Of a stretch of 64,000 bases of DNA, positions 1-9,517 are shown piece by piece. This stretch comes from an uncultured Caldisericota bacterium (GTDB lineage Bacteria; Caldisericota; Caldisericia; UBA6126): contig CAYRWA010000001.1 of the NCBI GenBank assembly GCA_964427915.1, positions 65,619 to 129,618 of the forward strand, written 5' to 3'. Every line of letters starts with the position of its first letter. The stretch's first letter is position 1. Under the pieces are notes generated by a model, which did not search any database, was not told where the DNA came from, and saw only the letters and a program-made list of their open reading frames with translations. The position numbers and the translations under genes were made by a program.

Positions 1-1
1 G

Positions 2-145
2 AGCTCTATGTATACGGCATTTTTAGTACTCATTATATTGTTTCTCCTTCTAGGCCTGGTGTATTTGTTCCATTTTCTGTTCATACTGAAAAACAAGCCT
101 TCAAAAGCAAATATCAAAGCACGTTTTTTTCTGCACTCACAGTAG
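2..145 (+). CDS. Possible small membrane peptide, or 3' part of a gene starting upstream of the window
   Basis: Frame 2 is open from the window edge. An ATG at 8 gives MYTAFLVLIILFLLLGLVYLFHFLFILKNKPSK..., one clear hydrophobic helix followed by basic residues. It ends at TAG 143-145, in the same frame as the next ORF. Confidence 0.25.
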   Translation, partial: SSMYTAFLVLIILFLLLGLVYLFHFLFILKNKPSKANIKARFFLHSQ

Positions 146-148
146 GTT

Positions 149-538
149 TTGAGAAAGGATTGGTTCAAAATCTTGATACAATTTAACACCAAACGCTCAG
201 AAGAAAAATGCAATATCGACGTTGCATCAAAACTAACTGAATTCATGCGCTTAAACGATAATCTTGCACCCTATACAGATTTACTGCTTGAAGAAAGAAC
301 CATATTTAATGACATTGCAATATTTTTAGAAAAAAAGGATTTTGATTCTGTCAAACGCAAAATTCTTGAGCTTCAGGGAACTATTAAAGTCCGTTATGAC
401 GATTTGGAGCGTATTCGCTCCATTAACAATTTGTCTGTGCCATTGGCAATTATTAGTGTTGTCCTAACGATCTTTTTTGGGATTGTTGCCTGGGACAATC
501 CCTCTCTAAGAGAAATATTTATCAAATTTTTACCGTAA
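149..538 (+). CDS. Hypothetical protein with a C-terminal transmembrane helix
   Basis: 129-aa ORF with a TTG start. It has a helical charged N-part and a C-terminal hydrophobic segment (VPLAIISVVLTIFFGIVAW). I recognise no motif. Confidence 0.4.
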   Translation: MRKDWFKILIQFNTKRSEEKCNIDVASKLTEFMRLNDNLAPYTDLLLEERTIFNDIAIFLEKKDFDSVKRKILELQGTIKVRYDDLERIRSINNLSVPLAIISVVLTIFFGIVAWDNPSLREIFIKFLP

Positions 539-574
539 TTCAAAGAAACATTTAGTATTAAAAAGGAGTGGAGT

Positions 575-1858
575 ATGATGAAAATCATTACCAAATTTTG
601 GTTTGTGCTTATCTGTATATCACTATTGGCCTCATCTACTGCATACGCAGATACGGCTCTTCATTTGCATAATCAGACAGACATGGTCACTGCATTTACT
701 CTTGATTCTACCGTGGAAAAAGGGTTGATTTATTGCAATCCAAAGGGATTAAAAAAACAATCTGTAGTGTTCGAAGCCATGCCCACCATGGAGTGGGTTT
801 CTCGATATGGTAGCATTACATTCAACCAATGGGGACAAGATTTACCGTATGCCGGCATGAACGAAAAAGGACTGTGCATTGTTCGAATTCCTCAGAATTC
901 AACATCGACCTCTACTCCCGCTTCTCCCCTTACTTCTTTGAAGTGGATTCAATATCATCTTGACGTATTCGATTCGGTGGATAGAATTCTTGAGAAACCA
1001 TTCATTAGGCCTTCTTTTTCTCATTTTGGTTCCACGCACTACCTACTTTCAGATCCATCCAACAACATTATTGTGGTGGAATTTACGTCCGACGATACTA
1101 TCATTCACTCATCGATAAACAATACTCTTCCCTGGCCCATCTTAACCGAGGTACCCTATCTAGAAGGGGTTGAAACGATGAAAAACCCCCCCTCTATCTC
1201 CAAAGATTCGAAAGCGCCCATGGATCGTTTTGTAAAAATGGCTCTGCAGGTTGCAGAATGGGATAGTGACTCGCAAAACTCATTGTACCTTCGAGTGTTC
1301 GATATGCTATTAAATGCTGCTTCTGGTGATACCAAGTGGAATGTTTTGTTTCATCTGAATGAAAAAAGCATATACTTTCGAACCTTTTCTCATGACCGCA
1401 TCAAGGTGCTCTCTTTGGAAGACATTTCCTTTTCTTGCGAGGAACCTATCCGATACTGGTCTGTAGAAACACAGGAAATAGGAGACATATCACAAGTTTC
1501 TCGAAACAAATCCGAAAAACCAGATGCATCCTGGGAATCGATTCACTTGTTTACTTTGAATTCAGCATTGGAAAATGCATTTTCTTTGCCTGATATGCAG
1601 AAAATTACACAATTTCCATACACCTATGAGTGTAGCATGGATAGTATTCAAACAGATTCCGATCGTTTGCAATCGTATGCACTTTGGTGGATTGGTATCA
1701 CAGCCCTTTTGGCAGCATTTCTTTTTATTGCAAAAGGAATAAAAAATCATCAAAAATCTACTAGCAACAAAAAAACTCTAGATAGCAAACAGCAACCAAA
1801 AAAACTGTATAAAAACTTCAAAAAATCTACCAAAAAGAAACGAAAGGGAAAACGTTAA
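575..1858 (+). CDS. Secreted, C-terminally membrane-anchored protein; possibly a choloylglycine-hydrolase-like (Ntn) fold without the usual N-terminal Cys
   Basis: An RBS (aaaggag) lies upstream. The signal peptide is FVLICISLLASSTAYA. The segment YGSITFNQWGQDLPYAGMNEKGL resembles linear amide C-N hydrolases. There is a C-terminal TM helix (ALWWIGITALLAAFLFI) followed by a polybasic tail (KKSTKKKRKGKR). Confidence 0.35.
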   Translation: MMKIITKFWFVLICISLLASSTAYADTALHLHNQTDMVTAFTLDSTVEKGLIYCNPKGLKKQSVVFEAMPTMEWVSRYGSITFNQWGQDLPYAGMNEKGLCIVRIPQNSTSTSTPASPLTSLKWIQYHLDVFDSVDRILEKPFIRPSFSHFGSTHYLLSDPSNNIIVVEFTSDDTIIHSSINNTLPWPILTEVPYLEGVETMKNPPSISKDSKAPMDRFVKMALQVAEWDSDSQNSLYLRVFDMLLNAASGDTKWNVLFHLNEKSIYFRTFSHDRIKVLSLEDISFSCEEPIRYWSVETQEIGDISQVSRNKSEKPDASWESIHLFTLNSALENAFSLPDMQKITQFPYTYECSMDSIQTDSDRLQSYALWWIGITALLAAFLFIAKGIKNHQKSTSNKKTLDSKQQPKKLYKNFKKSTKKKRKGKR

Positions 1859-3078
1859 TGCTAGGCCTTGTATTGGAGGGTGGAGGTGCAAAAGGTTCCT
1901 ATCATGCTGGCGCGTACAAGGCTTTGGTTGAAAACGATCTGATCCCCGATGCTGTTGTGGGAACTTCTATTGGTGCATTGAATGGCGCATTAATTGCCCA
2001 AGGTGATTGGGAAACCATGGTAGAACTTTGGTCCAATATGTCAATTTCTACTATTTTAGACATTGATCAAAAACACATACAGGATTTAAAAAAGCACCAT
2101 TTTAGCATGGAAGGATTTCAATATTTTGCAAAATATCTCCATCGGTCTCTTGAAGAAGAAGGTCTTGATACATCAAAAATCCGTCAACTATTAGAATCCA
2201 TCATAGACGAAGATAAACTCCGAAAAAGTCCCATCAATTTTGGACTTATCACTGTTTCAATATCAGAACTCAAGCCATATGAGATGTTTAAAGAGGATAT
2301 CCCCAAAGGAGAATTAATTGATTATCTAATGGCTAGTTCCAATTTTCCTATTTTTAAAAGGCAAGTCATAGATGGGAAGAAATTCATTGATGGAGGAGTT
2401 TACGACAATACTCCCATTGATTTGTTAAAAGACAAAGGGTTCGATCATATTATTATCGTTCGAACACACGGCTTTGGAATCAATCGATCTGTTGATATGC
2501 AAAACGTACGAACAACAGAGATTGACTCTAACAGGGACTTGGGAAATGTACTTGATTTTTCAAAAGAAAATTGCAAAAAAAACCTTCAATTAGGATATTA
2601 CGATGCTTTAAAAGCAATCCAACATTTGCATGGTAGAGACTACTACTTTCAACCCTTGAACAATGAACCCTATATCATTAAGAAACTTTTAGAGATGCCC
2701 GAATCTATTGTTAATGAAATTGCGGTTAAAGTAGGTATTAACAAGGATTATTCTCATGCGAGAAAAATACTCGAAGGCATTATGCCCGCACTCGCAGAAC
2801 TTGTAGATGCTCCAAAAAAAGCCACCTACGAAGAAATTCTGGAGTACGTATGTGAAGAGGCTGCAAAAAAAATCCCTTTGGATCGTTATAAAATCTACAC
2901 GTTACTAGAAATGATTAAACAAATTCAAGCCAAGTACAAACCTGCTTCACAAAGTTTACTTCAAAAGTGGTTCTCGCTACCAATGAAAAACGATCTGTTC
3001 CGAAAAGCCTTTAAAGATCAGATTATAAGAGAGGTTGTTATGAAAGTTTTCAATATTCAGAATGAATCTGTCGAGTAG
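1858..3078 (+). CDS. Patatin-like phospholipase
   Basis: Oxyanion motif GGGAKGSYHAG, nucleophile elbow GTSIGALNG, and catalytic Asp motif FIDGGVYDN. The start overlaps the upstream stop (TAATG). Confidence 0.9.
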   Translation: MLGLVLEGGGAKGSYHAGAYKALVENDLIPDAVVGTSIGALNGALIAQGDWETMVELWSNMSISTILDIDQKHIQDLKKHHFSMEGFQYFAKYLHRSLEEEGLDTSKIRQLLESIIDEDKLRKSPINFGLITVSISELKPYEMFKEDIPKGELIDYLMASSNFPIFKRQVIDGKKFIDGGVYDNTPIDLLKDKGFDHIIIVRTHGFGINRSVDMQNVRTTEIDSNRDLGNVLDFSKENCKKNLQLGYYDALKAIQHLHGRDYYFQPLNNEPYIIKKLLEMPESIVNEIAVKVGINKDYSHARKILEGIMPALAELVDAPKKATYEEILEYVCEEAAKKIPLDRYKIYTLLEMIKQIQAKYKPASQSLLQKWFSLPMKNDLFRKAFKDQIIREVVMKVFNIQNESVE

Positions 3079-3084
3079 TCCATA

Positions 3085-3417
3085 ATGCCATATGTTAACT
3101 TAAGTGGCTCGTCGGGTCCTCATTATTATGACGGTGATGTAGTGGGTTGGATGGGCGTTTTCATGCCTTCCGTCCTAATGTGCGTCCTTACGCTTGGTCT
3201 TGCATATCCCTATGCACGTTGTTTTTTTCTTTCCTGGTATATCAGTTGTCTTGTAATTGATGGAAAACGATTGTCTTTCCATGGTACTTGGCAAGAATTA
3301 TACCCTGTATGGTGCAAAGGAGTTGTCCTTACCATCCTAACGCTTGGCCTATATTATCCTTGGATGTACACCAATCTACGTAAGTGGGAATACTCCCATG
3401 TCAAATCTTCCGATTAG
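3085..3417 (+). CDS. Small DUF898/YjgN-like membrane protein
   Basis: Two copies of the LTLGL(A/Y)YP(Y/W) motif typical of DUF898, plus two hydrophobic helices. At 110 aa it is much shorter than typical family members. Confidence 0.45.
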   Translation: MPYVNLSGSSGPHYYDGDVVGWMGVFMPSVLMCVLTLGLAYPYARCFFLSWYISCLVIDGKRLSFHGTWQELYPVWCKGVVLTILTLGLYYPWMYTNLRKWEYSHVKSSD

Positions 3418-4031
3418 CTACCCCGTATAACGCCTTCTCGTAAAATTTTATACTGATCAGGTTCTGTAAATGAAATTACCGCAGAAGGTTGACATGCTTC
3501 TGTTTCTTCTCTTTGAAGGTCAAGTATCAGAGCATTTGCTCCCATCTTTTGTTGTGCTTCTAGAGGGCTTGCAAAGGGTTGTTCATCACGGCTATTTGCA
3601 CTCGTTGTAAGCAGTGGAAAGTCAAGGTCGCTAAGAAAATCTAGTAAATACGGATCCGAAGGTACTCGTATCCCAATCGTATCATACATTTTCTGGGGGG
3701 TTGTATAGAGGGCACATTGTTTCATTGGGAAAACACCCGTTACAGTCCCTGGCCAATTATCTTTCAGCAGTGGATGCTGAAGCAACAGGGGATTCGACAC
3801 GTATTGATGGGCTTTTTTTGCATCATCAAGAAAAAGAATAAGAGGTTTGTTTTCATCTCTCATTTTTAAAGAAAAAAGGTTGCAAACAGCTTGATGAGAC
3901 TCTCCATGTACTCCGATGCCCATCACTGTATCGGTAGGAAAAATAATAGGTTTGTCTTGAAGAAGCCATTTTCTACAAAACTCTTTTTCAAAATTAGAAA
4001 GATACGGAGGAGTGTCAACACGAAGAATCAT
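3414..4031 (-). CDS. tsaC: L-threonylcarbamoyladenylate synthase (YrdC/Sua5/TsaC family)
   Basis: Motifs PTDTVMGIGV, KPLILFL, IGIRVP and TTSANSRDEQP match the YrdC domain. Confidence 0.8.
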   Translation of the reverse strand: MILRVDTPPYLSNFEKEFCRKWLLQDKPIIFPTDTVMGIGVHGESHQAVCNLFSLKMRDENKPLILFLDDAKKAHQYVSNPLLLQHPLLKDNWPGTVTGVFPMKQCALYTTPQKMYDTIGIRVPSDPYLLDFLSDLDFPLLTTSANSRDEQPFASPLEAQQKMGANALILDLQREETEACQPSAVISFTEPDQYKILREGVIRGS

Positions 4032-4033
4032 CT

Positions 4034-4678
4034 CTATTGATTGCCAACCAAATTCTTTTTAAACATAACCTTTTCTGTTCCTGAAAAAAGACGATTAATG
4101 TTCTCTCTATGCTGCCAAATCGTCAACAAGGTGAAAAAGACAGAGAATACTAGCGTCCATACACTAGGCTGTAACAGAAGGAACCATAGAATCGTGGAGA
4201 CAACAGACACAATCGAAGCCAACGAAACGTATCCCCAAATCAGAAGCACAACCACCCATACTACAACCATCAGAAGAGCTATATTGAAGTCATAAACTAG
4301 CAACAATCCAAACAAAGTAGACATTCCTTTTCCACCGGTAAACCCTAAAAAGCAAGAGTAATCATGCCCAATAATACTCAGAGAAACAACAAACAAAAGA
4401 ACATCTCGGTACAATTGAGCCATACCAGGGAACAACCAAGAGGCAATGAAAAAAGGAACAATTGCTTTCGATGCATCCAAAAGAAAAGAAAGAAGTCCCC
4501 ATTTCAATCCCAACACTCGTGCAATATTTGTAGCCCCAACATTGCCAGAGCCTTTCTGACGTATATCAATTTTGTGCAATAAATAGGCAATAATGTATCC
4601 AAAGGGAATACTGCCGTACAAGTACGATCCGATCGCAAGAATAACAATATGCATTGTTTCAATCATAATATCCTCCAC
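4034..4678 (-). CDS. plsY: Glycerol-3-phosphate acyltransferase PlsY
   Basis: GSGNVGATNIARVLG motif, a multi-TM profile and a GGKG motif. Confidence 0.9.
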   Translation of the reverse strand: MEDIMIETMHIVILAIGSYLYGSIPFGYIIAYLLHKIDIRQKGSGNVGATNIARVLGLKWGLLSFLLDASKAIVPFFIASWLFPGMAQLYRDVLLFVVSLSIIGHDYSCFLGFTGGKGMSTLFGLLLVYDFNIALLMVVVWVVVLLIWGYVSLASIVSVVSTILWFLLLQPSVWTLVFSVFFTLLTIWQHRENINRLFSGTEKVMFKKNLVGNQ

Positions 4679-5498
4679 AAATTCGATGGATACCAGCTAA
4701 ATCATCCTTAATGAAGCAATGATAAAAACCATAGTATTCCATTTTTTGGTTACACTTTTCAGACAATCCATCGCACATTTCAAATAAAAGCAATCCATTT
4801 TTAGCAAGATGATTACGAGATTCTCGTATAAGCTTATCTATCAGCTGCAAACCATCGGTCCCTCCATCCAAAGCGAGTCGTGGTTCCTTTTTCACATCGT
4901 CAGGGAGTGAATCAAGCCACGAAGTTGGTATATAGGGAGGGTTTGATACAATCAGGTTGTAGGTGTCCTTTATATTGGCAAACATATCGCTATGAATAAG
5001 TCGAAGTCGGTTCTGGAGTCGATATTTTTCACAATTCCTTGTAGCAACTTGAAGAGCTTCGAGAGAAATATCAGAAGCATCAACGCGTGCAGTAGGAAAC
5101 AGAACTCCAATGGCAATAGCAATAGCACCTGAACCAGTCCCTAGGTCAAGGATATGTGCGCAAGATTGTTGTTGTAGAAAAGCTACCGAAAGATCGACTA
5201 AAAGCTCTGTTTCTGGTCTTGGAATTAACACATTTTCGTTGACATCAAGAGAAAGAGTAAAGAAAGGTTTTTCTCCCGTAATATAAGCAATTGGACAACC
5301 CTGCACTCTTCTGTTTAGAAATGCTTGATACTTTGACAATTCCTTTTCACTAATGGGGTCCTGAAGATGAGCATACAAATAGGTTCGATTCATCTGTAGT
5401 GACTGCATCAAAAGAATCTCCACTTCTACTTTGGCATGATCTGGAGGGAGCTTTTGTGACCCAAATTGAAGGGCATCCGCAATGCTCATCGTATTCAT
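4659..5498 (-). CDS. prmC: Release factor glutamine N5-methyltransferase PrmC/HemK
   Basis: SAM motif LDLGTGSGAIAI and the catalytic NPPY (IVSNPPYIP). It lies directly downstream of prfA. Confidence 0.9.
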   Translation of the reverse strand: MNTMSIADALQFGSQKLPPDHAKVEVEILLMQSLQMNRTYLYAHLQDPISEKELSKYQAFLNRRVQGCPIAYITGEKPFFTLSLDVNENVLIPRPETELLVDLSVAFLQQQSCAHILDLGTGSGAIAIAIGVLFPTARVDASDISLEALQVATRNCEKYRLQNRLRLIHSDMFANIKDTYNLIVSNPPYIPTSWLDSLPDDVKKEPRLALDGGTDGLQLIDKLIRESRNHLAKNGLLLFEMCDGLSEKCNQKMEYYGFYHCFIKDDLAGIHRICGGYYD

Positions 5499-5501
5499 AT
5501 G

Positions 5502-6566
5502 CTACGTTTCAGAAATCTGCTCTTGGTTCCAAGCAAGCTGTAAAGCTTCCACAAATTCATCCAAATCACCATTCATGATTTGAGGTAAATTATGAGAACT
5601 ATACCCTATACGGTGATCCGTTACTCGGTTTTGGGGGTAATTGTACGTTCGTATTTTTTCGCTTCGGTCTCCCCAACCCACTTGGGATTTTCGACTTTGC
5701 GACTCTTCATCCTGTATTCTTTGTTTCTCAACATCCAATAAACGGGCATGAAGAATTTTGATAGCGCGCAGCTTATTTTGTAGTTTCGATCGTTCGTCTT
5801 GGCATACAACAACTGTATTGGTTGGAAGGTGTGTTACGCGAATTGCAGTTTCGTTTTTTTGTACATTCTGCCCCCCATGGCCCGAAGCATTAAAAACATC
5901 AATACGTAAATCGGAAGGATCAATATCGATGTCTGCTTCTTCCGCTTCTGTCATGACGGCTACAGTAACGGTGGATGTATGGATGCGACCCCCCGATTCC
6001 GTTGTAGGAACCCGTTGTACTCGATGAACACCCGATTCAAATTTAAAAAACTTCCTTGCATAGGATCCAGATATTTCAAAAATAATTTCCTTGAACCCCC
6101 CGATACCAATTTCATGAGAAGACATGATATCTACAGTCAGTTGTTTGGAAATTGCATAGTTGAAATACATTCGGTATAAGTCTGCTGCAAACAAAGCGGC
6201 TTCATCACCACCAGCAGCTGCACGGATCTCGACGATAACATCTCTTTGATCCTCTGGATCTTGTGGGACAAGAAGATCTTTAATGTGAGCAATCAGTTGC
6301 TCTTTTTTTGCAAGCAACTGATCCAGCTCTAGCTCCAGCTCTTTTCTGTCGGCAGCATTGGCTTCTTCTTTCTTGAGAGTAGTAAACTCCTCAATTTCTT
6401 GCATCAAGGAATGATACTCATGATATGCTTGTGAATACACCTTCAGAGAACGTTCTCGTTTTCCCAACGCAGCTACTTTTTTTTGATCAGCTAGTACGGT
6501 TGGGTCTGACAAAGAAGCCAATATTTCTTGATATTCGTTTTCGTATTGTTTTAATTTCTCGATCAT
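5502..6566 (-). CDS. prfA: Peptide chain release factor 1
   Basis: GGQ motif (SGHGGQNVQKNETAIR) and an RF1-type tripeptide region (RVPTTESGGRIHTST). Confidence 0.95.
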   Translation of the reverse strand: MIEKLKQYENEYQEILASLSDPTVLADQKKVAALGKRERSLKVYSQAYHEYHSLMQEIEEFTTLKKEEANAADRKELELELDQLLAKKEQLIAHIKDLLVPQDPEDQRDVIVEIRAAAGGDEAALFAADLYRMYFNYAISKQLTVDIMSSHEIGIGGFKEIIFEISGSYARKFFKFESGVHRVQRVPTTESGGRIHTSTVTVAVMTEAEEADIDIDPSDLRIDVFNASGHGGQNVQKNETAIRVTHLPTNTVVVCQDERSKLQNKLRAIKILHARLLDVEKQRIQDEESQSRKSQVGWGDRSEKIRTYNYPQNRVTDHRIGYSSHNLPQIMNGDLDEFVEALQLAWNQEQISET

Positions 6567-8212
6567 ACTTTATTGTTTTTTGGCTGCTGGAGAGATATAC
6601 TTTCCAGAAACTTCTCATTTGATGGACTTTCTTTCATCCATTTAATCAATCTTTCTAAAGCTTCAGAGTTATCTAAATTGGATAAGAACTTCCGAACCAT
6701 CCAAATTCGTCGCAGTTCATCCCCTTCATACAAGAGCTCTTCTCTTCGTGTAGAAGATCTCGAAATATCCAAAGCAGGGAATACACGCTTTTCAGACAGT
6801 TTCCTTTCAAGAACTAGTTCCATGTTACCAGTTCCCTTAAATTCTTCATAAATGATTTCATCCATTTTGGAACCAGTCTCAATCAGGGCTGTTGCCAATA
6901 TTGTTAAACTACCACCACCGTCTATATTTCGTGCAGCTCCTAAGAACTTTTTGGGACCATGGATAGCTGCTGTATCCAACCCGCCGGTAAGAGTTCTTCC
7001 TGATGGTGTACAAGAAAGATTGTAGGCTCGTGTTAATCGAGTTATTCCGTCCAATAAAATAACAACGTCTTTTTTCATTTCTACAAGTCGTTTTGCTCTG
7101 TTTAGTGCCAATTCAACAACACGGATATGGTTTTCAGGCAATTGATCAAAGGTGGAAGAAATGATGTCTCCTTTTACGGAGCGTTTCATATCTGTCACTT
7201 CTTCGGGGCGTTCGTCAATCAACAAGATCATTAAATAGGCTTCAGGATTATTCTTTGCAATGCCCTGGGCAATTCTTTTGATAACAGTTGTTTTTCCGGC
7301 TTTAGGAGGGGACACAATCAGTCCTCTTTGTCCTTTTCCCAGAGGGGATATTAATTCAATCAGCCTGTTGGTTATATTCGCAGTTTCTACCGAAGCTGAA
7401 AGTCGAAAACGTTCCAAAGGAAAGATAGGAATAAGGTCCTCAAAGCGTTGTCTATTAATGATGGAAGTTGGGTGTGCTTTATTGATAGAATCGACAGTTG
7501 TTAAAGCACTGTATTTTTCCTTTTCGTTACGAGGATTTCTCATCCGTCCTTCAATATAATCCCCTGGACGAAGCCCAAGTTTTTTAATTAAAGAGGGATG
7601 AACATAAATATCAGATGTATCTGGAATATATTTTGGAGATCGTAAAAAACCATACCCATCTACATGTACATCCAAAACTCCTTTAGCAGTAGGTTTAGAA
7701 GGTCCATGGTCATGTTTCATATGGGGAGACTGTTCTTGTTGATATCGACCCTGTTTTGGTTCTCTTTCTTGCGTTTGGGGAGGGGTCTCTCTTGGTTGTT
7801 CTTGGTTTTTAGCTTTATCTGGTGAGATATCTTTTTGTGATGATTTCGTTTCATCCTTCTTCACATCGGCTTTCTCTGTTTTCTTTTGCGGTTCTTCAGG
7901 GGAAATGTTCTCCTTTTTTTCCTCTTTTTCCTCTTTTTCCTCTTTTTCTTCTTTATCTTTTTTTGGCGTGTCCTTTTTGGAAGAGCTTTTTGAGGTGATT
8001 TTGGGAGAAGATTCTTTTGCTGGCTTTTCTTTCTTTTTTTCCGGCTCTTGTAAAGAAGTGTTTCCATCTTTTAAATCTAGAATGGCATCAATCAGTTCTT
8101 GTTTTTTGAAACGGGTATAGCGCAGAACCTTAATTTCACGAGCTATTTGATACAATTCTCTGGCTCGTAGGGATTCTAAGTATTCTCGGGTTAATTGATC
8201 TAAGTTAAACAT
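6563..8212 (-). CDS. rho: Transcription termination factor Rho with a long K/E-rich N-terminal insertion
   Basis: Rho_N ([15 protein letters not shown]...ELIDAIL), a cold-shock-like RNA-binding domain ([14 protein letters not shown]), Walker A PPKAGKTT, and the conserved C-terminus. About 145 aa of low complexity sits between Rho_N and the RNA-binding domain. Confidence 0.95.
   Translation of the reverse strand: MFNLDQLTREYLESLRARELYQIAREIKVLRYTRFKKQELIDAILDLKDGNTSLQEPEKKKEKPAKESSPKITSKSSSKKDTPKKDKEEKEEKEEKEEKKENISPEEPQKKTEKADVKKDETKSSQKDISPDKAKNQEQPRETPPQTQEREPKQGRYQQEQSPHMKHDHGPSKPTAKGVLDVHVDGYGFLRSPKYIPDTSDIYVHPSLIKKLGLRPGDYIEGRMRNPRNEKEKYSALTTVDSINKAHPTSIINRQRFEDLIPIFPLERFRLSASVETANITNRLIELISPLGKGQRGLIVSPPKAGKTTVIKRIAQGIAKNNPEAYLMILLIDERPEEVTDMKRSVKGDIISSTFDQLPENHIRVVELALNRAKRLVEMKKDVVILLDGITRLTRAYNLSCTPSGRTLTGGLDTAAIHGPKKFLGAARNIDGGGSLTILATALIETGSKMDEIIYEEFKGTGNMELVLERKLSEKRVFPALDISRSSTRREELLYEGDELRRIWMVRKFLSNLDNSEALERLIKWMKESPSNEKFLESISLQQPKNNKV
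7911..7956. repeat. 9-nt tandem repeat (cctcttttt) inside rho
   Basis: Three perfect copies lie at 7921-7947, flanked by degenerate copies. On the minus strand they encode [13 protein letters not shown]. Confidence 0.8.
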
Positions 8213-8232
8213 AAACTACCTCCAAGGGCTAC

Positions 8233-8640
8233 CTATTTGATATCGGTTGAAACTTTATCTATGATTTCATTACACAGACGATCAGCAACATGATTCTCTT
8301 TTCGGGGAATATGCGTAAACGTTACCGAATGAAAGCAACGAACGAGCTCCATGATTCGTTGATAGAGCGGAAACAAGTCGGGGCTCTTTACTTTCCATTG
8401 ATGTCTACACTGATTCACAACCAAAAGGCTGTCACTAAAGATGTGGATATCGTTGTAATGATCTTTTTTGCATTTTTCAAGTGCTAGCAATACTGCCGTA
8501 TACTCCGCATAATTGTTCGTTTGAATGCCAAGAAATTTCGCGTACTCACAAACAATTTTTTCATCATTTTGTATGACGTACGCGCAACTTGCTAAGCCAG
8601 GATTGCTTCTACTGGCTCCATCTGTATAGACCTTAATCAT
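8233..8640 (-). CDS. rnhA: Ribonuclease HI-like protein
   Basis: IKVYTDGASRSNPG (first catalytic Asp), NNYAEY (Glu), IFSDS (Asp) and a C-terminal HVADRL. Confidence 0.8.
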   Translation of the reverse strand: MIKVYTDGASRSNPGLASCAYVIQNDEKIVCEYAKFLGIQTNNYAEYTAVLLALEKCKKDHYNDIHIFSDSLLVVNQCRHQWKVKSPDLFPLYQRIMELVRCFHSVTFTHIPRKENHVADRLCNEIIDKVSTDIK

Positions 8641-9349
8641 TCTTTCTCACAATGATTCGGTTGCAGTTCTCACAATAATGAATTTCGTCTGGCTTGCGGT
8701 ATATAGCATCAATCAATCGCTGGGATTGGGTGGTGCCACAGCCAGAACATGCACCATTTTCAACAAACACAACAGCACTTTGCTGTCCTCTAGAGAAGGA
8801 CTTGTCAAATATCTCTACCAGTTCTTGATCTAGTTTTTCTCGAGATTGTTCAATTTCTTTTTCAACTCCACTGATTTCTTTTGCAATCTCTTGGGTTCTG
8901 GCTTTCATAAAAGCTTTTTCTTGTTGGAATTCTTCTTTTAATCTACTGAATTCGATATCCAGTTCTTGGAAACTCTTCTCTTCATTCTCGATTTGATTCA
9001 TGCACTCAATAACGTCCGATTCGGTAATAGCAATTCTTTCTTTCAAAAGTTGTACCTTCCTTTGTAAATCTGAAAGCTCTTTTGAATTTTTTGGTGCGGT
9101 GTTGTCATACATTGTTTTTGTATAATCCTCTGCTTGATGCTCTAAATCTTTTAGAAAAGCTTCCTTTTGTTTCAAGGACACCTGAGAATCTTGAAAAGAT
9201 TTTTGCATTTTCTTCCATTGTAAAAATTTTAGTTTTGCGCTTGATTCTATAGATGAAAAACGCAGCTTGATCTTTCGATCTTCTCGTTTTAATTCATTCA
9301 AGCGATCATACTTCAATTGTAAGTGGTATAAATTAAGTAGCATATTCAT
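8633..9349 (-). CDS. Coiled-coil C4 zinc-ribbon protein (COG1579/DUF164-like)
   Basis: Long coiled coil followed by CSGCG...17 aa...CENC. The zinc-ribbon-then-RNase-H gene order is a conserved pairing known from other bacteria. Confidence 0.75.
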   Translation of the reverse strand: MNMLLNLYHLQLKYDRLNELKREDRKIKLRFSSIESSAKLKFLQWKKMQKSFQDSQVSLKQKEAFLKDLEHQAEDYTKTMYDNTAPKNSKELSDLQRKVQLLKERIAITESDVIECMNQIENEEKSFQELDIEFSRLKEEFQQEKAFMKARTQEIAKEISGVEKEIEQSREKLDQELVEIFDKSFSRGQQSAVVFVENGACSGCGTTQSQRLIDAIYRKPDEIHYCENCNRIIVRKND

Positions 9350-9363
9350 CGATATTATGGATT

Positions 9364-9437
9364 TGGGCCCTGAAGGACTCGAACCTCCGACCCGCTGGTT
9401 ATGAGCCAGCTGCTCTAACCAACTGAGCTAAGGGCCC
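9364..9437 (-). tRNA. tRNA with CAU anticodon, probably tRNA-Ile2 (lysidine type) rather than elongator Met
   Basis: Cloverleaf read by hand: GGGCCCT/AGGGCCC acceptor, GCTC/GAGC D stem, GCTGG-CTCATAA-CCAGC anticodon arm, TTCGAGT T loop. The body resembles Bacillus tRNA-Ile(CAU). No CCA is encoded. Confidence 0.9.
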
Positions 9438-9475
9438 GGTTAAACCTCCAATGAAATGATTTCATGGCGAATACA

Positions 9476-9503
9476 AATTTATTCTTTTTTCTTTTTTTGT
9501 CAA
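9476..9503 (-). promoter_or_regulatory. Putative sigma70-type promoter for the tRNA(CAU)
   Basis: On the minus strand: TTGACA (9503-9498), a 16-nt spacer, then TAAATT (9481-9476). Confidence 0.35.
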
Positions 9504-9517
9504 ATTTAATCAAAAAA

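Noticed and set aside
1858-3078. Patatin-like phospholipase as an effector of a CBASS-type anti-phage system.
   Set aside because: There is no cyclase/nucleotidyltransferase, sensor or other defence gene adjacent. The neighbours are envelope or lipid-type genes and tsaC/plsY.
7861-8120. Lysine-rich 68-aa ORF (minus strand, alternative frame) and SF-rich 71-aa ORF (plus strand) over the rho repeat region.
   Set aside because: Both are frame shadows of the rho low-complexity K/E segment, and rho itself is unambiguous.
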